From contig CAUVXB020000002.1 of NCBI GenBank assembly GCA_963555825.3, forward strand, positions 3,456,001 through 3,520,000: 64,000 bases of DNA, in the 5' to 3' direction. Below, piece by piece: positions 41,167-50,439 of the stretch. Position 1 is the stretch's first letter; each line of letters begins with the position of its first letter. A program made the translations under genes and the position numbers. Origin of the DNA: Alphaproteobacteria bacterium. Its GTDB lineage: Bacteria > Pseudomonadota > Alphaproteobacteria > JAAXGF01. The notes under the pieces were generated by a model. It did not search any database. It saw nothing but the letters and a program-made list of their open reading frames with translations, and was not told the origin of the DNA.

Positions 41167-42300
41167 ATGGCACAGTTTCCGGTATCGACCTCCAATGAAC
41201 ACGCTATTTATGCGGCACTGGAGTTGAGCAAGAACAGCTGGCTTTTGGCGATCCAGGCTCCGGGGCGGGGCAATCCGAGCTTGCATCCGATCAAGGGCGG
41301 CGACGCTGAAGGACTGATGGCCAAGCTGGACGCGGCGCGGGACCGGGTGGTCAAGGTGACGGGTCGAACGCCGACGATAACGCTGTGCTACGAGGCCGGC
41401 TACGACGGCTTCTGGTTGGCGCGGTTCCTCGAGCAGCGCGGCATCGAGTGTCTGGTCATGGAGCCGGCCAGCTTGCGGGTCAACCGCCGGGCGCGGCGGG
41501 TGAAGACCGACCGCATCGATGTCGAGAATATTCTTCATACGCTGATCGCCTGGTGCCGCGGCGAGCGTCATGTCTGCTCCATGGTGGTGATTCCGAGCGT
41601 CGCGGAGGAGGACCTTCGCCGCTCTCATCGGGAACGTGACCGATTGGTCCGCGAGCGAACCGCCCACATCAACCGGATCAAGGGTCTGCTATTCGGTCAG
41701 GGCATTCGCGGCATCAATGTCAAGGCGCGCTACAAGACCTTGACACCGGCGGCGCTGGTCACCGGAGACGGCCGACCCCTGCCGGACCGTCTCGGCCGCG
41801 AGATCGCGCGGGAGATCGCGAGACTGGCCCAGGTCCAAGCGCAGATCGTCGAGGTCGAGCGTGAGCGTGATCAAGCGCCGACACCGTGTGTGGCCACGGA
41901 AAGCAAGCGTCACCAGCTGCTGCGCTTAAAGGGCCTCGGCCCGGCCTTATCCACGACGCTCGCACGGGAAGTCTATTATCGCCAGTTCGCCAATCGCCGA
42001 CAGGTGGCAAGCTATATCGGGATCACGCCCAGTGCCTATGACAGCGGCGACGGGCGCCGCAGCCAAGGCATCTCCAAGGCGGGCAATCGGCTGGCACGGG
42101 TTGCCATGATCGAAGCCGCATGGCTTTGGGTCCGCCATCAACCCGATAGCGCTCTGACCCAGTGGTTCCATGACCGCACCCAAGGTCAGAAGGGGCGCAT
42201 CAGGCGCGTCATGATCGTCGCCCTGGCCCGCAAACTGGCGATCGCGCTTTGGCGGTATCTGGAAACCGGGCTGATCCCGGTGGGTGCTGTCGTCAAATAG
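41167..42300 (+). CDS. IS110 recombinase/transposase
   Basis: ALELSK, CYEAG, KTDRID, GITP..YDSG, GISKAGN, ALARKLAIALWR. Confidence 0.93.
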   Translation: MAQFPVSTSNEHAIYAALELSKNSWLLAIQAPGRGNPSLHPIKGGDAEGLMAKLDAARDRVVKVTGRTPTITLCYEAGYDGFWLARFLEQRGIECLVMEPASLRVNRRARRVKTDRIDVENILHTLIAWCRGERHVCSMVVIPSVAEEDLRRSHRERDRLVRERTAHINRIKGLLFGQGIRGINVKARYKTLTPAALVTGDGRPLPDRLGREIAREIARLAQVQAQIVEVERERDQAPTPCVATESKRHQLLRLKGLGPALSTTLAREVYYRQFANRRQVASYIGITPSAYDSGDGRRSQGISKAGNRLARVAMIEAAWLWVRHQPDSALTQWFHDRTQGQKGRIRRVMIVALARKLAIALWRYLETGLIPVGAVVK

Positions 42301-42309
42301 GACTGCGGA

Positions 42310-42590
42310 TCAGCTCAGCGTTCTAACGGGCTTCATTCCCCGATGGGAACGCTTGTTGGCAGGTTGGATGTGTGACTGCATGTCTCCTTGGCGAAGGTGC
42401 CGTCCACAAGATTAGTCCCATCCCCGTCCTGTGATGGTCCATGTATACAGCATTGTGGCAAGCCGGATCGGAGCTGCCGGATATAAGGTGATGCGATCAC
42501 TCGCACGAAACATGGAACTCATCGCAAGACCCGCCCTGGATACAAAGCCATAACCAATGGAAGAGACGATCATGTGGCGTAGATTAAATC
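42310..42590 (+). ncRNA. Putative bridge/seek RNA of the IS110 at 41095-42618
   Basis: Contains ATGTCTCCTTG (42380-42390) and CGTCCACAAG (42401-42410), which match target flanks, and ATATAAG (42481-42487), which matches the donor end. Confidence 0.75.
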
Positions 42591-42618
42591 CACCTTGACA
42601 GCAAACGCCTCATATAAG

Positions 42619-42780
42619 GAGACATTGGCGGAGGCGGCGTGCGATGTCCGCTTCGGAGCGGTAACCAGACCTAAAAGCCCCATTGCCAAATTTCACGATA
42701 CTCGCGTCTGCTTTCGAACAGAGAGCGGTCCTCGCAGCGTCACTCGCCCAAGGTCAGCCTGTCGCCGGGACCCGACATTC
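42619..42780. repeat. Four-unit palindromic repeat cluster (first unit begins 39384; split by IS1182 and IS110)
   Basis: Units at 42646, 42706 and 42753, colinear with 36261-36420. Confidence 0.8.
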
Positions 42781-42905
42781 GAGAGTCCGCAAAAATGTTA
42801 CCCGTGTACGTCCATCGATGGCGCGACGACCCTATTATCACGCCCATCCTCCCGGTCAACCTGGCGGGTCGCAGCTTCAAGGCGACCGAATGCGGCGTGA
42901 CCCGA

Positions 42906-42969
42906 GCCGGGTTTTCGCATGGCCGGGTTTTCGCATGGCCGGGTTTTCGCATGGCCGAGTTTTCGCATG
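42906..42969. repeat. 16-bp tandem repeat x4
   Basis: GCCGGGTTTTCGCATG three times plus GCCGAGTTTTCGCATG. Confidence 0.95.
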
Positions 42970-43108
42970 GATGGTCACAAAATGGTCACGACTCAGTCAA
43001 TACGGGTCGATATGGATCATGACGGGACGGGCGTGAGAACCCATAATAATGGCGGATTCCCGGACGATGCAGCACGGTCCGAGACGGACCAATACGGCTT
43101 GAATGGAA

Positions 43109-43139
43109 TTTCGAGACCGCCCCGTTCGACCACGCCGGC
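43109..43139 (-). other. tRNA-Ser(CGA) 5'-half fragment; probable att-site remnant
   Basis: Minus strand GCCGGCGTGGTCGAACGGGGCGGTCTCGAAA (D-arm to anticodon loop). No 3' half is present. Confidence 0.55.
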
Positions 43140-43698
43140 GGCCCGCCGCCGAGAGCGGCGGTCGCGTTTCCGCCGCGCGTCTCGAGTGTGTCGGTCGAGC
43201 CCGTCGAGGGCGGTGCCGTCGCCGATGGTCCTAGATGTTAATCGCCCCGTCGATAAAGGCTCTGGCGCACTGAGGGTACGGGTTTGGTAAAGCGTTAATG
43301 CGCTAGTAAGATGCATTGCGAATCAATCTTGCGCTCTGACGATCTTCGCAAACGTTTCCACGCAACCAAAACCCAAGCCGGCCCATAGGTATGGCTATTG
43401 CCAAACGGCAATCATCGGCCAGGTGCGGTCGGTCGAGTCTGCTACCCTCAGGGCCGGTTTAGGATCAGAAAGCGGTCGATTAAGGTTCACCGCGCAGACG
43501 GTGAAAGTTGACCCGAAGCCGAATTTTCTGGGTTGGCGGCAGGTATGAGGAATTGTGGCTTGCGTGAGCTAGCGATCGATCACTGCGCCGTCCCAGGGCG
43601 CCAAGTTATGATCAAGGAGCCGCTTCCATCGTTCTAGACAGCAAGAATTCTCACAGGTAGCCAATCCGTCCGAAGGCGTTTGCAGATTGCAGCTTGAC

Positions 43699-44601
43699 CT
43701 ACTGAGCGCTATTCCTGGAGCGCTTGTCACATTCAGCCACGAGCCAGTCGAAAAAGCGACGGACGGCAGTGTCTTCGTACGCCTTAGTGGATGCAACAAC
43801 ACAATAATACTTCTTTCGCGATGGGGCCTTTTTACTGTGCGCGGCAATGAGGCGCCCCGAAGAAAGGTCAGCATCGATGAGAGGATGATAGCCAATTGCA
43901 ATACCCAGCCCCGCAGCAGCCGCTTCGACAGTGACGTTGGGCTCGTCGAAAACCGGCCCATTGTTGGCCAAGCCCGTCGGTAGGCCTGCGGCGGCCAACC
44001 AATCACGCCAGTCATCACGATCCCTGACATGCAAAAGCGGATACTTGGCGAACCAATCCGCATTGGCTTGAGCCGCTGATCCTATTAAGCTCGGCGCAGA
44101 TATCGGTTGCATATCGAGCGACATAAGCTCTCGCACGATGGGTGCGTGCCATCCCCCTGTACCCCAGCGGATAGACAAATCGATTTCATGGCCCGGGGTC
44201 TCGCTAGTAAGAGAGTGACGAAGCTCAACAAGGACATCTGGGTTTGCTTCGCCGAACCGGTTGAGCTGCGGGGTGAGCCAGCGAGCGGAGAAAAATGGGC
44301 CGACTTGCACCTTGATCGAAGTCTTGACCCTGGAGTCGTCGATATCGCGAACCGCCTCGGACAACTCCATAATGGCGCGAGTCGCTGCGAGCCCGAGCCT
44401 GACGCCGCTTTCCGTCAACACGACCTCTCTCGACCGCCTCTCAAACAGCTTACGGCCCAGAAAATCCTCCAGCGATTTTACGTGCTGGCTGACTGCGCCG
44501 GGTGTGACGTTTAGCTCGCCCGCCGCCGCCTTGAAGCTCCTATGTCGCGCGGCGGCCTCGAAATAGCGAAACCACTGGAGAGGTGGAAGTCTCACACTCA
44601 T
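43699..44601 (-). CDS. LysR family regulator (GcvA-like)
   Basis: LPPLQWFRYFEAAARH.SF..AA.ELNVT.GAVSQ.VK.LE..LG..LF.R. Confidence 0.93.
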   Translation of the reverse strand: MSVRLPPLQWFRYFEAAARHRSFKAAAGELNVTPGAVSQHVKSLEDFLGRKLFERRSREVVLTESGVRLGLAATRAIMELSEAVRDIDDSRVKTSIKVQVGPFFSARWLTPQLNRFGEANPDVLVELRHSLTSETPGHEIDLSIRWGTGGWHAPIVRELMSLDMQPISAPSLIGSAAQANADWFAKYPLLHVRDRDDWRDWLAAAGLPTGLANNGPVFDEPNVTVEAAAAGLGIAIGYHPLIDADLSSGRLIAAHSKKAPSRKKYYCVVASTKAYEDTAVRRFFDWLVAECDKRSRNSAQ

Positions 44602-44799
44602 TGTTAACCTCAAGGGAACAGTCCGCTGGCCGATGTCGAAGCGACCGTGTGGAGAAATATTATGCGGCTCAGTTTAGCTCAGCTAATACACTAAGCCGAA
44701 AATCTCGCTTGCCGTCAACCGCAATGCAGGTCCACTCTAACGCGGAGAATAGCGGGTCGGGCGGTGCGACGGAGCCGTCCTCCGGAATCGTGGAAGGAC

Positions 44800-46197
44800 A
44801 TGGGGACAGTCAGTCAAACCCAGCGCACGCTCAACGAGGCATGGACGGCGCTCGGCGGCGACCACGACCGACTAGGGAGCGTAGCCTTCTCACACGACGG
44901 AGAGTTGCGATCCGTCTATCCGGTCGACGATCTCGCCTCAGCCATGGTGGGGTGCGCTGGCATGGCCATAGCCGAGCTGATCGAGCACCACGCCGGCGAA
45001 CGGCCGAACGTAATCGTTGACCGAAGGCTGACGTCTTTGTGGTTCGACTCAACCGTTCGCCCAATTGGCTGGACACTGCCTCCGCAGTGGGACGCCATCT
45101 CCGGCAACTATCGAGCCAAAGATGGCTGGATCAGAGTACATGCATATCTTCCCAAGCACTCTGCGGCGGTGCGACATGTCCTTGGGACGAACAGTAATCC
45201 GAAAGAAGTCGCTGCGGTAGTCACGACACGGGATTCGATCACGATAGAGACAGACATTGTCGAGAGTGGCGGTTCGGCGGCCGCAATGCGGAAGCTCTCC
45301 GATTGGGAGCGGCATCCCCAAGCTGTGGCCAACTCCGCGGAGGCGGTGGTCCACGTCGAGCCTGGCATGAGATCTCCCGTGCCAGGGCTCGCGTTCGTTC
45401 GAGATCGGCCTCTTACGGGCGTCAGGGTGCTCGACCTGACGCGCATCGTTGCAGGCCCGGTCGCCACCCGATTGCTCGCGGGCTTCGGCGCTGAGGTCCT
45501 GCATCTCGCTGCTCCGGGATGGCGCGAGCTTGCCTTGGAGCCCGATCTATCAGTTGGAAAAAAATGTGCCTTTCTCGACCTGAGTGATGCCTGTGGCAAA
45601 CAGGAATTCGAGCGTCTCCTAAGCCAGGCTGATGTCTTTGTTCATGGCCTGCGCGCGGACGTTTTGCCGAAGCTGGGCTACGATGCGACGTCTCGCCAAA
45701 GGATTCGACCCGGACTGATCGACGTCTCGCTGAACGCCTACGGTTGGAACGGGCCATGGACGAACCGCCGCGGCTTTGACACCGTCGTCCAGATGAGTAC
45801 GGGCGTCGCGGCGACGGGCATGGAAGCAACGGGCGCCGATAAGCCGGTAATGCTGCCGGTATCGGCTCTGGACCATTCAGTTGGCTATCTTCTGGCGGCG
45901 GCGACGATTCGCGGACTGGTGAACCGCCTCTCCACGGGCAGCGGTGTTATTGTCCGAAGTTCTCTCGCGCAGATGGCGGCGCTGCTGACGGGTTGCGGAG
46001 CGTGCAGCGCGGATGATCAGTCTCGGCCTGCGTACAAAGACGAGGAGCCGTCGTATGCCGAGGGCACATTCTGGGGGCCGGCGAAACGGCTTCGAGCTCC
46101 ACTGAGCGTCGCCGACACAGCGTTCCATTGGGACCGTGCGGCGGGCCCATACGGCGCATCCACTGCAAAGTGGGAGGCGAGCCGCCGATGCCCATAG
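44800..46197 (+). CDS. CoA-transferase family III (CaiB/BaiF)
   Basis: PLTGVRVLDLTRIVAGPVATRLLAGFGAEV and GPW..RRGFDTVVQ. Confidence 0.88.
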   Translation: MGTVSQTQRTLNEAWTALGGDHDRLGSVAFSHDGELRSVYPVDDLASAMVGCAGMAIAELIEHHAGERPNVIVDRRLTSLWFDSTVRPIGWTLPPQWDAISGNYRAKDGWIRVHAYLPKHSAAVRHVLGTNSNPKEVAAVVTTRDSITIETDIVESGGSAAAMRKLSDWERHPQAVANSAEAVVHVEPGMRSPVPGLAFVRDRPLTGVRVLDLTRIVAGPVATRLLAGFGAEVLHLAAPGWRELALEPDLSVGKKCAFLDLSDACGKQEFERLLSQADVFVHGLRADVLPKLGYDATSRQRIRPGLIDVSLNAYGWNGPWTNRRGFDTVVQMSTGVAATGMEATGADKPVMLPVSALDHSVGYLLAAATIRGLVNRLSTGSGVIVRSSLAQMAALLTGCGACSADDQSRPAYKDEEPSYAEGTFWGPAKRLRAPLSVADTAFHWDRAAGPYGASTAKWEASRRCP

Positions 46198-46257
46198 CTC
46201 AGACCGGCGTTGGACCCGGTACACTCAGCCTATTCCGTCCTACAACTGGAGAAAGCA

Positions 46258-47586
46258 ATGGAGCCTTGCGATCTAAGCGCGACCGATGCGATTGCGCTCA
46301 TCTCTTCTGAGAAGCTCAGCGCGGAGGAGCTGGTCCGCTCCTGCCTGGCCCGAATTGAGGCGCGTGAGCACATCGTGAAGGCTTGGGCGTGGATCGATCC
46401 GCAAAAAGCCGTGCGCGACGCAAGAGAGCTCGATAATAAGAGACTCGCGGGCGGGCCGGTCGGTGTCCTCAACGGAATTCCCTTCGGCGTGAAAGATGTC
46501 ATCGATACTGCCGACATGCCGACGAGCGGCAACTCGGCTCACCGCATCGGATATCAGCCGAGCGAAGATGCGAGCTGTGTCGCCATCGCCAGATCGTGCG
46601 GGGCGCTGCTCCTGGGAAAGACAGAAACGGTCGAGCTCGCATGGGGCGGTCGGATCCCTCGAACCCGGAATCCACTGGACCCACGATTCACGCCAGGAGG
46701 CTCGTCCTCCGGCTCCGCCGCGGCGGTTGCCGACAACCACGTGCCACTCAGCATCGGCACGCAGACCTATGGCTCTCATATCAGACCTGCATCATTCAAT
46801 GCGATCTATGGTTATAAGCCGACACATGGCTTGATCCCGTGGACCGGAGCCTGGCAGAACTGCCCCAGCCTCGATACGATTGGCTGGTACAGTCGAGACC
46901 CGCGGGACTTCTCGTTGCTTGCACGGGCCTTTCAGTTCGCCGGCGCCGAAGAGCGCGTCGACGTCAGAGCCCACGCGCTCCGGCTCGGGATCGCTCGGAC
47001 GCACAACTGGGACATGACAAGCCCCGACTGTCGGAATGTGGTCCAATCCGCCATCGCAGCCCTGAAGTGCGAGAAGATCTCCGTGGTCGAGGTCGAGTCG
47101 CCGGCTGAGTTCAGATGCCTGAACCATTCGCATGAAGTCATCGCGCGCCATGAAGCGAGAATTCATCTCCTACCTGAATACCTTCGTACTGGTGGAAGGA
47201 TGGAAGCGGACTTCCAGGAAATTATGGCGGACGAAGCAAGAATCTCGCCCGAAGACTACCTGAAGTGCATTGACCATGCCGCCCGCAGCCGAACCATGTT
47301 CGACTCGATGTTTGGCGCTGATTTGGACTGCATCATTACGCCCGCTGCGATCGGCGAACCTCCGAAAGGATATGACACAGGCGACTGGGTTATGTGCTCA
47401 ATTTGGACGCTCTTGCACGCTCCATGTGTTGCCGTCCCGGTAGGCAAGGGTCAAAACGGACTGCCCATAGGCGTCCAGATTGTCGGACCGCGCCTGGGAG
47501 ATATTCGGCTTCTTGAGATTGTCGAGCAGCTAGCTCCTATCCTACAAGGCGGCAATGACGGCGTCAGCGACTTCGCTGGAGCTTGA
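46258..47586 (+). CDS. Amidase-signature family amidase
   Basis: GIPFGVKD, GKT.T.E, PGGSSSGSAAAVA, IGTQTYGSHIRPA. Confidence 0.92.
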   Translation: MEPCDLSATDAIALISSEKLSAEELVRSCLARIEAREHIVKAWAWIDPQKAVRDARELDNKRLAGGPVGVLNGIPFGVKDVIDTADMPTSGNSAHRIGYQPSEDASCVAIARSCGALLLGKTETVELAWGGRIPRTRNPLDPRFTPGGSSSGSAAAVADNHVPLSIGTQTYGSHIRPASFNAIYGYKPTHGLIPWTGAWQNCPSLDTIGWYSRDPRDFSLLARAFQFAGAEERVDVRAHALRLGIARTHNWDMTSPDCRNVVQSAIAALKCEKISVVEVESPAEFRCLNHSHEVIARHEARIHLLPEYLRTGGRMEADFQEIMADEARISPEDYLKCIDHAARSRTMFDSMFGADLDCIITPAAIGEPPKGYDTGDWVMCSIWTLLHAPCVAVPVGKGQNGLPIGVQIVGPRLGDIRLLEIVEQLAPILQGGNDGVSDFAGA

Positions 47587-48624
47587 GCTCCCTCTCATGT
47601 CCGGCGTCTTTAAACCGTTGTCCAGGGCCGCGGATACGGCCAGCTCGATTTCCTTCGCGAGATCAGAGCGGTCAAGAGAGTATTCGAGCAGCATGGCCGC
47701 GCTCAAGATTGCGCCGAGCGGATTGGCGAGGCCCTGTCCGGCGATATCATTCGCGCTTCCATGAACCGGTTCGTACAGACCGAACTGTCCGCCATCGCAG
47801 GGACGCGCGCCGAGCGAGGCTGATGGCAGCATTCCGAGTGAGCCGGTGATCATCGCGGCTCCGTCCGATAGAATATCGCCAAAAAGGTTCTCCGTGACGA
47901 TTACATCATACTGCCTCGGATTCCGGACGAGTTGCATGGCTGCATTGTCTACATACTGGTGCTCAAGGTCTATGTCGGGATAGCGAGCTTCATTCAGGTC
48001 CGAGAATATCTGTCGCCAGAGCACGCTCGACTCCAGCACATTCGCCTTGTCGACGGACACCAGCTTGCTGTTGCGCCGCTGTGCGAGAGAGAATGCGACA
48101 TGGGCGATCCGCTCGATCTCCCACTCGGCATAGGTCAGGGTATCCGTCGCAATCCTATGGCCGTCGTCCTGACGCGATATTCCGCGGGGCGCGCCAAAAT
48201 AGATTCCACCGCAGAGCTCTCGCAAGATGATGAAGTCGACATCAGCGATAGCTTCTGGCTTGAGTGTGGAAGCGTCGATCGCCGACTTCATCGGCCTGAT
48301 CGGCCTCACATTAGCGAATAGATTGAGCTTCCTGCGCAACCGCGCCAGGCCGCTTCTTGCCTCGGGCGGACCATCGAGCTCCAAGCCATCCCATTTGGGA
48401 CCGCCTTCTGATCCGAACAAGACGGCGTCAGCTTCGCGGGCTTCTTCTAGCGTCTCGTCCGTCAGAAAGCACCCCGTTCGGTCGTAGCAAGCGCCACCCA
48501 CCATTCCATATGTGAATGCAAGTTCAAAGCCTTCTCGATTTGCCAAGTGCTCCAAGACCCGAATCGCGCAGGCAACGACTTCCGGCCCGACCCCGTCGCC
48601 GGGCAGCACTAGGATGTTCGACAT
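47542..48624 (-). CDS. leuB: 3-isopropylmalate dehydrogenase-like beta-decarboxylating dehydrogenase
   Basis: LPGDGVGPE, RELCGGIYFG, VDKANVL, ENLFGDILSD, YEPVHGSA.DIAG. Confidence 0.85.
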   Translation of the reverse strand: MSNILVLPGDGVGPEVVACAIRVLEHLANREGFELAFTYGMVGGACYDRTGCFLTDETLEEAREADAVLFGSEGGPKWDGLELDGPPEARSGLARLRRKLNLFANVRPIRPMKSAIDASTLKPEAIADVDFIILRELCGGIYFGAPRGISRQDDGHRIATDTLTYAEWEIERIAHVAFSLAQRRNSKLVSVDKANVLESSVLWRQIFSDLNEARYPDIDLEHQYVDNAAMQLVRNPRQYDVIVTENLFGDILSDGAAMITGSLGMLPSASLGARPCDGGQFGLYEPVHGSANDIAGQGLANPLGAILSAAMLLEYSLDRSDLAKEIELAVSAALDNGLKTPDMRGSSSSSEVADAVIAAL

Positions 48625-48670
48625 GCCTTCATCTCCTTGTCACGCTGATTGAACGCAGGATCTCTACGCA

Positions 48671-49177
48671 TCAGCGCCTCCGCAGCTCCGACTTCAGCAA
48701 AGGCACAATGCCACCGACCTCCAATATCCTGAGGACGTCCTCGGGGAACGCTGGAAAAGTGAATTTGGCGCCGGTTGACTGGTTTGCAATCGCACCTGCC
48801 TGGAGGTCGATCGAGCAGAGCTCGCCGTCCCGGAAGCGCTCGCGCGCATCCGTCACCTCAATCACCGGCAAGCCTCCGCTGATAGCATTTCGCATGAAGA
48901 TTCCGGCGCAGGACTCTACAACCACGCAAGAGACCCCAACCGCCTGGAGGAGGCGGGATCCGAGCCTGCTCGAACCGCACCCGAAGTTTTCACCTGCGAC
49001 GACTATGTCGCCTCTGACCACGTTTTCTGAGAATTCGGGCCTTATCGCGCGCATGCAGTGACGTTTTGCTTCCTCTTCACTCATCTTCGAGAGCATCACG
49101 TGCCCTGGCATCATGTACTCGGTGCTGATATTGTCGCCGAATGCCCAGACGCGTCCCGCTGGCTTCATTGTGCCCAT
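48671..49177 (-). CDS. LeuD/HacB/DmdB-type hydratase small subunit
   Basis: GRVWAFGDNIST, GDIVVAGENFGCGSSR, IFMRNAI..GLP. Confidence 0.88.
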   Translation of the reverse strand: MGTMKPAGRVWAFGDNISTEYMMPGHVMLSKMSEEEAKRHCMRAIRPEFSENVVRGDIVVAGENFGCGSSRLGSRLLQAVGVSCVVVESCAGIFMRNAISGGLPVIEVTDARERFRDGELCSIDLQAGAIANQSTGAKFTFPAFPEDVLRILEVGGIVPLLKSELRRR

Positions 49178-49185
49178 GTCGCCAC

Positions 49186-50439
49186 CTAAATCGCCGCCGG
49201 GTCGGTGATAGCGCCCACGACGGCGCTGGCCGCAACCGTCGCCGGCGACGCTATATAGACTTCGGCGCTCGGGCTGCCCATCCGGCCTTTGAAGTTCCGG
49301 CTGCTTGACGCGATGCAGACCTCTCCATCTCCGAGCACACCCATGCTCAGCCCCATGCAAGCGCCGCACGTAGAGTTTGTAACGATCGCCCCGGCATCTA
49401 CAAAGATTTGCATCAAGCCAGAACTCGCCATTTCACGGAAAACTGCCTGCGACGCCGGGGTAACTATCATCCGGACATGATTGGCGATCTTGCGGCCACG
49501 CAGGATGCTGGCGGCGACTTCCATATCTTCCATACGTCCATTCGTGCAACTTCCCAGAAATGACTGATCAATACGAACACCAGAGAGATCTCGCGCCGGA
49601 GTTACCTTGAACAGATTGTGAGGGCCCGCGACGAGGCTCTGAATCTCACCCAATTCCAGATAGATGGAGCGTTCCACGGCGGCACCTGGATCCGACCTAA
49701 CTGGCTTGAAGGGTTGGCGTGCTCGTCCATTCAGGAATCTCCTGGCGATGTCGTCGAACTCGAATAGGGCGAACTCTGCACCCAGATCGACAGCCATGTT
49801 CGAAAGTACCATCCTACTTTCGATCGAGAGGTCCTTCAGTGCGCTTCCCCTGTACTCGATGGCGCGGTTCAGGAAGGGGCGGAAGCCAAACCTGTGACAT
49901 AAGTATAGAATGACATCCTTTGATGATATCCATCGTGCCAACTTGCCGTTCAGGGATACTGAAACGGTCGCGGGCACCTTGAACCAGAGCTCCCCTTTGG
50001 CGAGTACGTAGATGATTTCTTGGAGCACGCCGCGACTCGCCATGTTCAACGCGCCGTAAGTGGTCGAATGCGAGTCGTTTCCGATCGCCAGCTGACCAGG
50101 CAATGCGAAGCCTTGCTCGACAAAGAACTGGTGGCAGATGCCGTGACGGCCCATATCGAAAAAGTTGGCAATGCCGAACCTGGAGATCATCTTTCTTGAG
50201 TTTGCATACATTGTCGCAACCGCGGATGACGAAGGAGGCACCTCATGATCGTGAATGACCACAACCCGCTGCGGATCGAACACTTTGGACAGGCCGATCT
50301 CGTGGATTGCTTCGATAAGATGGCCATCGAAGCTGTCGAGCATTAGCCAGTCCACTTTGCAGGTTATGATCTCTCCAGGCGAAACTCGCTCGAGGCCGGA
50401 CTTTTCTGCTAAGATTTTTTCAACTATGGTCGACGTCAT
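49186..50439 (-). CDS. LeuC/HacA/DmdA-type hydratase large subunit (4Fe-4S)
   Basis: TIVEKIL, GICHQ, DSHSTTYGA, GSCTNGR, CGACMG, SRNFKGRMG. Confidence 0.9.
   Translation of the reverse strand: MTSTIVEKILAEKSGLERVSPGEIITCKVDWLMLDSFDGHLIEAIHEIGLSKVFDPQRVVVIHDHEVPPSSSAVATMYANSRKMISRFGIANFFDMGRHGICHQFFVEQGFALPGQLAIGNDSHSTTYGALNMASRGVLQEIIYVLAKGELWFKVPATVSVSLNGKLARWISSKDVILYLCHRFGFRPFLNRAIEYRGSALKDLSIESRMVLSNMAVDLGAEFALFEFDDIARRFLNGRARQPFKPVRSDPGAAVERSIYLELGEIQSLVAGPHNLFKVTPARDLSGVRIDQSFLGSCTNGRMEDMEVAASILRGRKIANHVRMIVTPASQAVFREMASSGLMQIFVDAGAIVTNSTCGACMGLSMGVLGDGEVCIASSSRNFKGRMGSPSAEVYIASPATVAASAVVGAITDPAAI

Larger units (their letters stand above)
41095..42618 (+). mobile_element. IS110 family (IS1111-type) element
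   Basis: Subterminal IRs TATGAGGC / GCCTCATA. AAG core at 41092-41094 and 42616-42618. TTGACA at 42595. Confidence 0.92.

Noticed and set aside
42790-42905. Possible SRP RNA or decayed integrase C-terminus
   Set aside because: There is no TCAGGTCCGGAAGGAAGCAGC SRP motif, and the resemblance to an integrase tail is too weak to call.
42906-42969. 16-bp repeats as CRISPR or iterons
   Set aside because: The repeats are contiguous without spacers and no rep gene is nearby.
43109-43139. Functional tRNA-Ser gene
   Set aside because: There is no acceptor stem, variable arm or T-arm. It is a fragment only.
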